Shown piece by piece: positions 38,397-52,369 of a DNA stretch of 64,000 nucleotides. The DNA lies in contig NW_027266341.1 in the NCBI RefSeq assembly GCF_022045235.1, forward strand, positions 58,838,001-58,902,000, given 5' to 3'. A program made the translations under genes and the position numbers. The number at the start of each line of letters is the position of its first letter. The first letter of the stretch is position 1. This DNA comes from Haliotis cracherodii. Its lineage: Eukaryota. The notes under the pieces were generated by a model. It was not told where the DNA came from. It did no database searches and saw only the letters and a list, made by a program, of their open reading frames with translations.

Positions 38397-39137
38397 CGAT
38401 ATATCCTCCACCTTTATCAGATATCATACTACAAGTACTTGAGGCCGTATCAACCCAGTGTCCGATATATCCTCCACCTTTATCAGATATCATACTACAA
38501 GTACTTGAGGCCGTATCAACCCAGTGTTCGATATATCCTCCACCTTTATCAGATATCATACTACAAGTACTTGTGTCCATAAGAACCTAGTGTTCGATAT
38601 ATCCTCCACCTTTATCACTTATAATACATGTAGTACAAATACATGACCCGTATCAACCCAGTGTTCGATATATCCTCCACCTTTATCAGATATCATACTA
38701 CAAGTACTTGAGGCCGTATCAACCCAGTGTTCGATATATCCTCCACCTTTATCAGATATCATACTACAAGTACTTGAGGCCGTATCAACCCAGTGTTCGA
38801 TATATCCTCCGGCTTTATCAGATATCATACTACAAGTACTGGAGGCCGTATCAACCCAGTGTTCGATATATCCTCCACCTTTATCAGATATCATACTACA
38901 AGTACTTGAGGCCGTATCAACCCAGTGTTCGATATATCCTCCACCTTTATCAGATATCATACTACAAGTACTTGAGGCCGTATCAACCCAGTGTTCGATA
39001 TATCCTCCGGCTTTATCAGATATCATACTACAAGTACTTGAGGCCGTATCAACCCAGTGTTCGATATATCCTCCACCTTTATCAGATATCATACCACAAG
39101 TACTTGTGTCCGTCTCAACCCAGTGTTCGATATATCC
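38397..39137. repeat. 66-bp minisatellite, ~11 units
   Basis: gatatatcctccacctttatcagatatcatactacaagtacttgaggccgtatcaacccagtgttc. Confidence 0.95.
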
Positions 39138-39944
39138 TTCTGACTTTATTAAGTAAAATGTGCCTTATGTATCAATTTAGTGCTCAATACAGCCTTCTGA
39201 CTTCATTAAGTGTCTTACTACAAATATGTCTGTGCTCGTATAAATCTACAATATAGCCTCTACTTGTATTACTCGTGATTTTTATGTAAAATCGCACGTG
39301 TCTATATGAACCTCGTGAGAAATGGTGTCTCCTCAGGATAAGGTCTGAAAGAACGACAGTAATTAACAAAACAGCTTTTATGTCCAAAGTCACATTTCGA
39401 ACGTGACCATACTGTCAAAAACATCGTGACAAAATGGACTTGAGGATGTTTCCCACGACAGCAGCAAAGCAGTAGCGTCAGAGGCAGCGTCTGAGCAGTG
39501 TCTACGGCGGTGTCTGCAGTGTTGGCGGCGTGGTCTGTGTGTGAGGGTGTTTGCTGGACGGCGAGATAACATCACGGCGACAACCCTCTGATCTCGCCCA
39601 CACACTGACCCGTCACGTACACTAAAGACGCCGGGTGGGGAAGACGGGAGAAGGGAGAAGACTGACACTTTTACACCCTCATATCTCGGGGGTATTGTGA
39701 ACACAGAATACTCCATAGAAAAAGAGATCAAGGCTTGTAATTTAAACGTGAATAAATCTCACCTGGAAATCCGAAATAATTGTAAGATATGATTTTTTTA
39801 GACTGAAATTAAGCCTTTCGAAGGCTTTAACACACACTGAGGAGAACTATTAAAAATGCCAAATTTAACTTTTTACAAACTTTAAAACCTAATACAAAAC
39901 CCAGTCCTCTCAAGACAATCAACTACCCCTCTGACATGTGGTTA

Positions 39945-40215
39945 TTTTATACTGTGTTATTTGCAAGAACTAATTTTTTCATTTGATAACATTGTTTGAG
40001 TAATAATGCTCATATTAAAACGCAGTTTTGATTTTTTTTTTCAGATTATAAACCCATGGGGGGTCAATAAGCTGTGAAAAAGTCAAATGTGTTTGGATGA
40101 AGCATGACATTTTTATAAGCTGTGAAAAAGTCAAATTTGCGTTTTAATACGAGTATTAAAATGAATATAAAAACTCAAACAATGAATTTAAAGTCTTGCA
40201 AATAATCCAGAAGAT
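39945..40215. mobile_element. Degenerate palindromic MITE
   Basis: ttatttgcaaga...cattgtttgagt...tattaaaacgca is inverted at 40125-40205. Confidence 0.55.
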
Positions 40216-40409
40216 ATGTTTTAATCCAGTTGACCTATAATCTGTCCCGCTCACAAGCGTGTAACACCTGTCAAATGTTCTGTGTGGGACGTGTATGACC
40301 TTGGAGGAATGGAGTCAGGTTTAAGGGTGATGCAATGGGTGCAGACACGGGTGTGGCTGGTATGTTCTCAATAACCCAGCCTCACCATCACCACCACCCC
40401 CCCACCCCC

Positions 40410-40412
<3 letters not shown>

Positions 40413-40492
<80 letters not shown>
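40413..40492. repeat. (CA)n microsatellite
   Basis: Direct reading. Confidence 0.95.
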
Positions 40493-40493
<1 letters not shown>

Positions 40494-40640
40494 GATATCC
40501 AGCACACCCGTCCATGTCAGATTCAGGGATGACATCCCGTGTAACTTATGTTTGCTACAAGAGGCGACGAAAATGGAGATCGGGCAGACGAAATGGCCGC
40601 TCCGCGTGCCTAGAACTTGATCAGTTAAAGCTTTGGTCAC

Positions 40641-40950
40641 CAGGGTGTCATTGTACAAAACAACCTTAGCGCTACGACTGTCGTAAGTCTATGTTAAGGT
40701 ATGGGAGTAACGACAACCTTGGCGCTAAGATCGCTTTGTACAACGGTACCCAGGGGCCGGTTCCACAAGTGATCTTAGCGTTAAGACTCTCGTATATCTA
40801 TGTTTAAAGATGGAGAGTCGTAGAAAAAGAGCTTTTCTGAAACGGGACTTAGGTCCCCTTCCTGTAAATAATCTGCGCTACATTTGTCGTAAGTCTATGC
40901 TAAAGTGTAGGCGTTAGGATTGTCTTAACACTAAGATCGCTTTGTGGTCC
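40641..40950. mobile_element. Three tandem ~110-bp palindromic MITEs
   Basis: Repeated gtcgtaagtctatg core and ttagcgctaagatcgctttgt ends. Confidence 0.7.
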
Positions 40951-41116
40951 GGAAAGACCAATCTCTCAGTTGGTACCTGAATGATTTTGTCTCTGTTCGA
41001 TCGACCCGCACAGCAGATCGGTCAGTCTGCTCCAGCCGGTATCACACCCTGTGGGTCGCCATGATACAAGCTGTAGTATTGCAAGCTATGACGTTAAACC
41101 TCTCACTTACTCAACC

Positions 41117-41280
41117 GGGGCGGTCTGGTAGCCTAGCGGTTAAGGCATTCGCTCGTCACGCCGAAGACCCGGGTTCGATTCCCGACATGGGTACAATGTG
41201 TGAAGCCCATTTCTGGTGTCCCCCGCCGTGATATTGCTGGAATATTGCTAAAAGCGGCGTAAAAACATACTCACTCAATC
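41117..41280 (+). mobile_element. SINE family B inserted in the tail of an older SINE
   Basis: TSD tcacttactcaaccgg at 41103 and 41279. Confidence 0.88.
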
Positions 41281-41349
41281 ACTTACTCAACCGGTATATA
41301 GTTATGTTGGGATGATTTACAAAAGAAGCCAAAACAGTATCATGGTCTT

Positions 41350-41421
41350 GTGGTGAGTTGAAACGAGGTTTAACGTCGCGTCCAAGATTATTGCACTGAT
41401 ATAGCGACGCACATGCACGTG

Positions 41422-41469
<48 letters not shown>

Positions 41470-41672
41470 CTGAGATACCATGCCGCAGTTTAATATGAAT
41501 ACCCCACTCAGACACAGTATACTGACTCCGAGCCGACTAGTTCATGTTTTAGCCCCTTAGTGCACAGCGCCAGACAGGGTATTAATAACTTTTGGTATGA
41601 TGTAGCCGGGGATCGAACCCCGGACCTTCTGCTCTCCGGGCGGACGCTCTGCCACTAGACCACAGAGGCAGC
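41350..41672 (-). mobile_element. SINE family A with (TG)n
   Basis: Head, partial core and tail. Confidence 0.85.
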
Positions 41673-43837
41673 CTTCATGGTCTTGTAACTGCTGTCACTA
41701 CGACATTATTTCCCATGACGAGTCCCGAGTCCCTGTAGTGACAGTGTGCTCCCTGGCATAGAGGAATTTTCGCATCGAAGACCCCAGTTCGATTCCCACA
41801 CTGCGAAGTCATTTCTTGGTGCTTGCCGCCCTGATATGACCTGCATATTGCTAAAAGCGACATACAAAGTAATGAAACACAGTAAAACTTTTTCAGATCT
41901 TTCATTTTTTAAAGTACAGCCATTTCGTCCTTACATTATTCTTTCAGTAAAACATGAAAGACAAGCGCAAGAAAAACTTATCCAATATAAAGAGGTGAAT
42001 AGCCGAGAAACTGCTCCAGTACAGGATATACAGGAAAGGGTGACATTTGAAGGTCGATAAATCAGTTGTCATCGCTGCATGTCAAGTGACAATTGTGGAC
42101 AAACGACCACTTGTATATATTATATACTGCAGGTTTGTAAGACATTATATGGAAATACTTACGGTGTTATAAATTGACAATAGACCTCTCAGTTTGGGTA
42201 ATTGGGTGCGACGGCCCAGAATACGGAGTCTGTTTATTGCCGCTCCTGTCTTACAGTGCGTGAACTCACCCCCCCCCCCCCCCCCGCCCCGCCCCTCCCA
42301 CTCCTTGTTCGTGTTACAACATCGTTATTGTAAGGAAGACAGATGACGTATGTTTTTTTTTCAAAAATAGGTTCTGTACGTAACCAGGGGAATATAGTAC
42401 CGTATGTTATTTTTTACTAAAATACTTTGTCGATGAAATCAATTATTGCATAATACATTTCTTTTAAATAATGTATAAATAAGAGATCATCAGACGTGTA
42501 CTAAAACAGTCATTTCTCAACCACATGGCGTGTGTCTGTGAAACTTTAATGCACGTTTCATGTTTCACGTTTATAGGATGTTGGGAGAGGAAGGGAGTCA
42601 GGTTTTGTTAACTTTTTTGGGCGAACTTATCACGGAAGAGCTTCGATAGGACTTTCAAAACTTTTCATAAAGTTTAAGGAAGTTAGTTTAAATTTCGAAT
42701 CTGTTGAGTCAGCAAATGTTAGCCAACCCGGTACAAGTTTGGCGGCAGGTGTTTCCAGCTGGTCGTGTGTGTACAATGTAATAGGTGTAAGGTATCCGAG
42801 TTACCGTATTCAGTAGGTCGCCGCACACTGGGCCCTACAGCTTTACAAATAACACAGGAAGCGACCCCTCAAATAAAGATAAATTCGCCCGGGAGATAGG
42901 CGTAGAGATAAGGGAAGAGCTACTGCTATTGTGTCGGTGTAATATGGGCCCACGAGGAACGCGCAATATATAAAGCAGACGACACTTGAAAAGCGCGCCA
43001 GGTCTCTTGGTTGAATGACATTTCGTCAGATTAGGCCGTCTTGTGCAGGACTCGCATGCCACGAGCCAATCCCGTCGTGTAATCATTTCATAAAGTTCCC
43101 GGGAACTTCTTGAAGGGTATTATAAATCACATGCTATGCTAAAATCCCTTTTCAATAAGGTTCAAGGAAATAGGGTCATGTCATTTCAACGACAGGTGGT
43201 TGAGATAGGAAGAATCTATATTTGCTAAGCAAGCAGTTTTCACGACCTTTAATCGTTTATAAGAATATTGCGACCCCGTTGACAAGCACTAGAGGGCAGA
43301 AGTGCACCTGGCACGCGCGTCACACGAGCAGACGACAGGTCAGGGGTCATTTTCCGTGCCTCACCCACAAGGCGGTATTAGCTGGGTCGGGGCCCAGGGG
43401 ATTGTGGAATGAGAGTGAATGACTTTGATGAAGTACTTGGGTACAGGGTCTCAACCTTTACCAGGGATTTTCTGAATATCTCGTGACATTTCTATGAATT
43501 GGACCATTGTTTCTGATGTGGTTCCTATTAATTCTAAAATGCTCTATATACGACATCTAATTGCCATATGGTCATGCGTTCAGCTTTTATTTCTGAAATG
43601 TTCCACTAACCTTCCAGCTACCACAGTCTTTAGTCATATTGGATTATATTTCCAGAACATTCAAATGACTTCGACAAATCACAGAATATTCTTGAAAACA
43701 TGCACCCATATGCAGGAAACTTAAATGCATGCTAAATTGATGTAGCTGTGCATAATAGATCAATGGTAGGTTCATTGTATATACCACATCATTCGTCCGA
43801 CAAATATTTGTACATGAATGTATCTTCTGCCGTACCA

Positions 43838-44089
43838 CGTGGCCATACAAAAGGCCCAGTCTTCTAAGGCGCCGCGATTCGCTGTGCAGAGTTGCGTCCC
43901 TATGATAATGGGTTCGAATCATTATGTTTCTAGGTTTGTCATCCCCATACCCACTCTCGTGGGTATCAGCTAAGTGGTAAACGTCAAAGACATGCATCAC
44001 TCCGGATTTTCCTCCCACATTAAGCTGACACTCAGTGATATAACTGGAATACTGTTAAAAGCGGCGTTAAACCCAACTCACTCACTCAC
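43838..44089 (+). mobile_element. SINE family D
   Basis: Reverse-complement match to 8033-8305. Confidence 0.8.
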
Positions 44090-46094
44090 AATTCCACACA
44101 AGGCGAACAGTACATCTATAATCTACAAATAAAGTGCGACAAGAACTCCATTTTCAAGATACATCGGTAATTTAATATGATGTATATTTATGGTCATTCT
44201 TATCGACGATATCACGATATATATATGCCAAAATGACATGAATCGTGTATATGGATGTCGATATTATATATTTCAAGATGTAGGGATGTCAGTATGATAT
44301 ATATCACTCACTCCCCAATTTGATATATGTATGCATAAGCTGGCTGACAATTTGAGAGACAAATTCTGCAATTGTGCGTTTGTGATTTCAACCTGGGGCG
44401 CTTAGAACGCGAATAGGCAGGTCCATCATCCACAACTGTATGCATGTTTAAATACTCGTACACTGACGGTTAACTTAGCCGTGTATCGTGTTTAGTTTAT
44501 AATACATAGACTTTGACAACCTCAGTATCTAAATATATGCCAGGCAACTCGTTTTTGTTGTTGTTGTTTAATGCCGCAATATTCCAGCTATATGACAGCG
44601 GTCTGTAAATAATCGAGTAAAGACAATCCAGTGATTGACATTATGAGCATCGATCCACGCAGTTGGGATACACTGACATGCATCAACCAAGTTAGCGAGC
44701 CAGACCACCCGATCCCGCTAGTCGCCTCTTACGATTACGAGATATCCCTTAGTAGAAACAGGTCTTTCAGGTGGATAATGTTGGAAACGTCTATATATAT
44801 TTAAGGGACATTTCTCCATATTCACATCTCGTTAATCCGGATATTTGTTCATTCCAAATATTTTAGTGGTAATGAGACCGTTCGATATTAACCGGGTTTT
44901 CCTATATCCAGAGATCGATAATATCTGAACTGTTATAACCCTGCAGACGCTTGTTGTTGTTTAACGTATATATCACATACTGATGGGAGTGAATAACGGA
45001 AGGCTTAGTTTAGACAGTAAAACGACATGCTGTGACGGGTTCCCAGCCTTGTCTACCAAGTACGCGTTGGAAACATTGCACACAAACACATCTCAACATT
45101 TGATTCTGAAATGTGTTGAATATGTATACGCGCTATTTCAGATGTACTGACAGTAAAGCTTATTTCCCTATACTTTTCATTGTTCTCTTACTCGTTTCCA
45201 TCAGTATAATATAATCACTTAAACAGAGAAAACATGTAAGTATAAATTAAATCCAGTATATATTTCCTGATCTAATTTCGAAAAAAATACACCATAAATG
45301 AAACTTCTGTAGGATTTTTCGTTTTTTATCTGTTTCAGCGAGCCACACGTTCGACAAATGCTAAGTCCCTGAAAATGTATACTTGTAGTTTTGATAGAAC
45401 CAAACAACTCCCTTTAAATTGAAATGGAGCCTCAGTGAGATCGGATATTCAGAGGAAAATGTAGACTTGCTTTATTTAGGACTATGGCATTATAGTAAGG
45501 CCTGGCTAGAAGGGAAAATGATATAGTTCAGGGACTGTGAGACAGGCTAGGTATACGTGTTTTGGAACCATTGTCAGTATATGGCCTCATTTTTTAGGTT
45601 ATCAGACAGGTGTTACCCCTCCAGGTATGACAAGCTATTTATGTCGGGGCTTTATATATAGAACCTGTCTTTGTTTCATAAATGTGCCACACTTCGGTGC
45701 ATGGTGCTTCAAGCGTGTATCAACTATAGACTTTATGTGCTCACCGCGTGATCATAGATATTAATATTTGTTTATTAAAATCATTAGATGTGCTTGTATT
45801 ATTATAGTTTCGTTGAGAAGGAAGTGCACAATGAAATACGCGAGATGATACTATTAATAGTTTGCGTTCTTGGAACCTGCGATTAGCGGATCCTGGTACG
45901 GCAAATGGACATTATACTGCGCAGCAAATCCTGGGGTCGCGGCGTGCTTAGGAGATGAGAGTCCACGCCTCAACATGCATATGAATGCCTGGTTGGGAAG
46001 CTTCAGTTATAGTGGCCATATGTACTCGGCGTCCTGCACTCGGTGGCACTTCCGGTCTGTATCCGACATACAAAATATAGACACATATTACATA

Positions 46095-48597
46095 CAAGAC
46101 GATAAGTCTATATAAACTGGTCGACTTTGAAGTAACAGTGATAGCAATATAGACGAAAAGGCTGGGTCCCCACCCGTATCATTTCAGAGGTGACTCAGGA
46201 TCAATTACAGTGGCTTAAACACGCGTATCAACGCACACCAACGCTTGTACCAAATTACCCGTATGCAATACAGAGTTTTTCTTTCCTTTTGAACTGATTT
46301 GGTTTTAGATCGATGTATTCTGACCATATGTTTTGGCACACCCACGCTTGTGCTAAATTACCCGTATGCTACACAGATTTACAAAGGTCGAAAAAGAAAC
46401 ATACCTACTCTTCGTAGTGCAAATGACTTAGAAAGTTTCACGGATATAATCTAGGACTATACGTTGTATATGGAATGGTTTTTGACAACAGTTGGTATGC
46501 AGTACTATCTTGACTTGGACAAGTCTTTAAGGCAATAATTATTTGTTTAGATTATCATTTCCAGATTACATAAATAATAACAAGTTGTCCTTATAAAAGA
46601 CTGGCGTACTGTACTGTCCGCTTATCTAGACTTGCCTATTGTAAGGATAGGATTACTGTAACACTTAATCTTCAATACAGCCTTGGAGCAAGGCTATGGC
46701 CTATCCACACATTGGCGTTTAACATTATAGTGTGAGTGAGTGATAAAAGCTTTACGCCGCTTCTTTTAGTAATATTTGAGCAATACCACTCTATATGCAT
46801 GTGGTATTTGTTTTTTTAATGTGTCAGTACTGCCAGCTCGTATTGGAGCTAAGACATTTTCTGTATCTAAATAGGGGCGGTGAGGTAGCCTAGTGTTTCA
46901 AGCGTTCGCTCGTCACGCTGAAGACCCGGTTCGATTCCCCACGTGGGTACAATGTGTGAAGCCCATTTCTGGCGCCCCCCGTCGTGATATTGCTGGAATA
47001 TTGCTAAAAGCGGCTTAAAACATACACTCACTATATCTAAAGAAAGAGACCGCACTTGAAAACAAGCGCCAGATGGGAAACAATTATTAAAAGTCCCATT
47101 CACAAATTATTATATCAGTTTCAAAGCTGGTATTTTCGTAGTAAATAATATATTTAGAAATTCAATTGAATACCGTGTGTGCCTCCTGTTCGAGATTCGA
47201 GATGTTTTATTTGATAATGAGACGTGTGTGGTTAAAATTGACATCCTCAGACCACATAACGCGAAGGGTGGACACCATTGACGGGGCATCAATAAGAATA
47301 TAATTCATAAATACAACCCACTATAAGCCCCGGGCTTAGGAGTTAGAGACTATAGAAACACATGTTTGCTTTAAGCTCCAGACGTTTGCCTTTAGCAGAA
47401 AAAAATCAAACCTGTCTTCATGTCAAATATTCTTAAAGCTCACGTTAATATTCTACGAATTGAATCCCGTATTTATTGACGAATGTGTCATTTCATCGTT
47501 TAGCTAGACAGCTGAAACTTGATACAGTATTCAGTGGCATACCTCCACTCAGACAAAGCGTTGCCTTGGTGGCACGCGCTCCCGTGACTCGCAACGAGGC
47601 GGCACGCGTCAAGTGTCATGGCCGCAGACAGCTGGTTGTGTGACACGCGAGCACGGAGAAAAGAAATTCATTTCTAATTTGTCCTCAGTAGTCAGTATTT
47701 TCAAGGTTTTTCGGATGGATAGTTCAAAAGATTAATCATTTTAGGCATGGGATTATAAACAAAGAACACTTTCAGGGGATCAAAGGTGGCTTAATGACGA
47801 GAAGGAAATATCTAAATAGATCAATCACTTGATTAGACATTGCCATAGGCGATCAAAAATATTATCGTGATCTTGAACATTTTTTCTTCAGGGCGTTTCG
47901 ACAGTAGGCCGTATAAAGAAATCACTAATACCAAAGTATAATATTTATGAGGAAAACGTTTGACAAAAACAGTCACACTTAGGTCAAAATAACAACTATT
48001 TCCTCTCAGAAAAGCACGGCGAGAGAAAATCAAAACATGTCAGATTGCATTTGTCAACAATACAACTTAATAATCTTTTTTCCCCCTCAGAGAATCTAAA
48101 TCAGAAAATATAAAGAAACTTGCCACCGTGTCTGGCAGATGTTATCATCGGTCACCTTACACATATTCATTTCAAACTTGTTGGTTCTCAGTCATCAACC
48201 AGGTGTGTAATTATATGAAGATTAATGCAATCGGCTTATGTGTGTAGTTAAATTGATTACATTCAACACAGAGTCTCATAATTCTATATTATGAAAAAAA
48301 TATATTAATAAACTAATATAATTTCATAATCCTCTTTTTCACCTTTGTAAATTATCAAAACATTTGGTCAGAATACATCGATATAAAACCAAATCAGTTC
48401 AAAAGGAAAGGAAAAACTCTGTATTGTATACGGGTAATTTGGTACAAGCGTTGGTGTGCGTTGATACGCGTGTTTAAGCCACTGTAATTACTCCTGAATG
48501 ACCTCTGAAGTGATATGGGTGGGGCTCCAGCTTTTTCGTCTAAATTGCGATCGCTGTTACTTAAAAGTCTACAAGTTTATATAGACTTATCGTCTTG
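46095..48597. mobile_element. 2.5-kb segment bounded by ~240-bp inverted repeats with TA flanks (Tc1/mariner-like non-autonomous element)
   Basis: 46095-46334 is the reverse complement of ~48357-48597; no transposase ORF; SINE B inside at 46874-47031. Confidence 0.8.
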
Positions 48598-51500
48598 TAT
48601 ATGATATTTTTTAGATCAAGGGTCTCAAGGGTAAAGAAGCCCTACTACCTGATGAGATACGCTGACTAAACAAGTACACGATGATTGTAATACAGGAGGA
48701 CCCTTCCCACAGCGTTCTGAGACACAATACACTAAAGACCTCTGACGGTTTAAGGGCCCTACATACGTGTGTTATCGTTGCTTAGCGAGACATGCTGTGT
48801 AGCATACGTGATTTCGTTACAGGTGTGTGTATCGTCTCATTCCGTTCTATGTATGGGAAGCGTTTTATACCTGTAAAACATGATTTGTATACTGCAGGTA
48901 GAGCAATGTAAATATATTGAATTACACCACTAATCTGAAGCAGCCCGAACGTGCGTTATCACTAATGACAAGGAGGAATATTACCCAGTATACGTGACCA
49001 CTGTGGAGGAGTGTATAATAAAATATGAACAATGATATGAACATCAGGTTTTCTCTGACCTGTTTATCAGGCGTAGGAAACTGAAGGTCTAATTAAGAGA
49101 TAACAACTGAACGATAGATTTAAAATCCCAGAAGCGAATATTTTTAAACTTCATGTTCAAATAAAAACTTACGGTATTTCGTAAACGAAATTGGCTGGCA
49201 TCGGTTAAAGAGTTAAACATCTGAATATAACTCAAATTAAAAATCGGGATTTCTTATTGTGTCAGTGCAAAATACTGTATTTATAGAAAATAAGTCAAAC
49301 ATGTTTGAAATAGGTTCCATATGACAGACTGCAAAGCGATAATACGACAGGGTTAAAATTGGATTCTAACTCACCGGGGTTTTTTTTGTGTGTTGCTCTT
49401 AAGATCTTAACACAGGTCCGAAATCTAAAGTTGTCTTCAAAATTAAACAAAACAACGAAAGCAAGAAAAGAGCTGATTCCGAATCTCGATAATCCGCCAG
49501 CGTACGTTTTTTTCAGAATGTCTGATCCAGCATGCACAAACTACCAGACACATTCTCAGAAGCAAGTATTTCAGTAACGCCATAACAGAACATTGTCTTA
49601 GGAGTGTGTTCCGTGGACATACTGTTATCATTACTATTTGATTGTGATTCATTAAAACATGCTTATGATATATACCAGTAGTCGGAATCGTACAATGTTT
49701 TTGTCATTTTTTTGGAAACCTAACTGCACATGTGACCGCTTCAGTGTAAGCCTGACTGGACTAGTCGATGTGGTGTTCAACAAGGTATTGCATTACGTCG
49801 TATTGTTTTTAGAGGTTCCACAGATAATATTGTTCAGGTATAGAACAAGACGTTATGGCAACCCCATTCATATCATAATTGAACTTAGTTGAAAAAAATA
49901 GTTTGGTAGAATTCTAAATTATATATTAATGTAATTGATATACGTTATAGTTTCACTATAAGTAATTGTGTCATTTACCTGAAGTATCCATATAAGGACA
50001 GGGATTGATTTTGCAAAAGTGGAAAGTACATTGATCGTTTTTTTTATGTCGTAAATACATGTTGTCATTCCAAAATAAGACTATATAAATAGAACTTCAA
50101 ACACATGTTTCCAAGACCATCAGCCGAAAGTCACGATGCTAAGTTTCTCAAGTTTACCCAAGCACTGCAACATCTATTAGAACTTTATTGTTTGAAATGA
50201 CCGTCTCTTGACCACGTTATCCAATTTTCTCGAGTCGTTTTACACGACAATATCAATTTGAAAGAATTACTTCGGATTGAAGAGCTTGATCTGAGGATTT
50301 GTAAACCGCACATTATTGCTTCGGGGACAAGCAAATTACATATACTTATCTTGCAGGGTTAAACATTAACTTTCAGACCTGTACGTAATGTGTTTAATGT
50401 GGAAACATTGCCGACTAAACGTCTCTAATACGTGATTAAACAATCATCAAAGACTTTCAAGTTTATGTTGCTGTTGCGAAATTCCCTTTTCATTTTAAGT
50501 ACAACATTAGCGTTCCTTTAATTCAACTCGAAACAAAACACTTGCTTCATCGAATCTAGGTTAAGAACTGCAAGTTACAACACTTATAATGTTTGTCTTA
50601 TATAATCCTTACAAGGTATCCGAGTATCCACTCAATTGTTTCGTCAAACTATCAAACGCTATAATTCATCGGAGACTGTTTAATGTCTACCTTAAGTAGA
50701 TGTGATGGCATTTACATGTTCCACTGGGCTGAGCACAACACACTATACGTATGAGGCTTGTGTGTTGAGTAAATGCAGCAGATTCATTAACACCGACACA
50801 TTAGTGCTGAATCGTTACTGATCTGTTACGCCACAGCTGACAACTGGGATATTAACGAGGGTCGTTATACCCTTCTTTATTCTGACGCCTTTTCTGTTTG
50901 GTGTCTTCAGAATGTCGCAAATATACTTTGATGAGGTTGAAGCGTGGCCATTGTAGACGGCGCTAGTCATCCCAGGGGATCAAAGGGGCGTCGCTGTTTG
51001 GACGGGGGACGCTAATTATTTCATCACAATCTCTAAACATGACTAACGACTTTCCAATTTTCTTTTCAGTGGCTAAGTATTTCCATTAGTGACGTTGTCC
51101 TCTCGTCATGCTGTCACTGACCACGCGACCACAGCATATTGTTTCCCGCGGATAAGGGGGCATCCAATTTGGAACACACAGAGACAAACTATTACCAGGT
51201 GTTAACGAAATTGAACAGATGCCCATTCCAGAACTAAGAACAATCCGCAATTTCAATGTTCAGGTGATGGAAAACGGCGCTAAAACGAACCCCGGGTGCG
51301 ATCGAGCAATAAACGTGTCCCGTTCCACGTCCTTAATAGGAGGAGTGGTCAAGGTGGGCCGACACATTCGGTGCCATTTTACAAGCAAGGTGTATGATTT
51401 AGCGAAATAAACGTTGACATGAATCAATGCTGGTATCTCGGGATGGTGAAAATTAACGATAATTGACTCGGACATTAAACATGACCTGCACGTGTTGCGC

Positions 51501-52231
51501 TCGTTCGCGGCACGTGGTGCGCTTTTATGAGACATGGTCAAACTATTTCGACTACCCTCTGTTCTGGCCACGTGTCCTCCTGTAGGTGCTTGTGCTGATA
51601 AGCTTTCGTTAATGTAAATGACACGTGTTTGTGCCAGGTAATGTCAGAAACATGTACGAGTGAGTGAATGTTGTTTAACGCCGCATCAGCACTGTTTCAG
51701 CTATATCACACATACTCGAGACTGGACCAGACATGTAAATTACCGTAGAGGCCAGTCGTTACAGTAAAACACGAACCCCTTCCAATGATTTATCTTTCCA
51801 ACATTGGTTTAGTACTTACCATTTTCGTAATGATGAAGATGAGAAGTACTTTTTATCTCATGTGCTTTTTATTGAATGAAGTAATTTGGTAGCCATTTAC
51901 AATCTTTACGAGAGTATAACTTAATATGTATGATACAGAATGATAGTTTAGTAAACTTGATATCTAGAATATTATTAAACGCTTTCTTTTATGTCTTAAC
52001 TCTATGTAAACAGTATGAGATGTTAGCTCCACGGATAATTCATATTCGACATACACTTACTGTATGGTTGTATTTATATGATGACATATTACTGTAGCAT
52101 TAACGTACTGTTATCCTTTAAGATTATGAAGCAGTACATATGATATGGTGTCATACCTTGTATTGATGGTTACCGTGACTCATAAGCCATATGGCATTAC
52201 ATCGTGACAAATCAATTGTTTTATTAATGAC

Positions 52232-52369
52232 NNNNNNNNNNNNNNNNNNNNNNNNNNNNNNNNNNNNNNNNNNNNNNNNNNNNNNNNNNNNNNNNNNNNN
52301 NNNNNNNNNNNNNNNNNNNNNNNNNNNNNNNNNNNNNNNNNNNNNNNNNNNNNNNNNNNNNNNNNNNNN
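52232..52369. other. Assembly gap (N run)
   Basis: Ns, followed by a SINE B tail. Confidence 0.99.

Noticed and set aside
38212-39256. Repeat-peptide ORFs, CRISPR-like appearance and a CTGATAA...GAAC hammerhead-like string
   Set aside because: 66-bp tandem units with no unique spacers; the hammerhead core and stems are not satisfied
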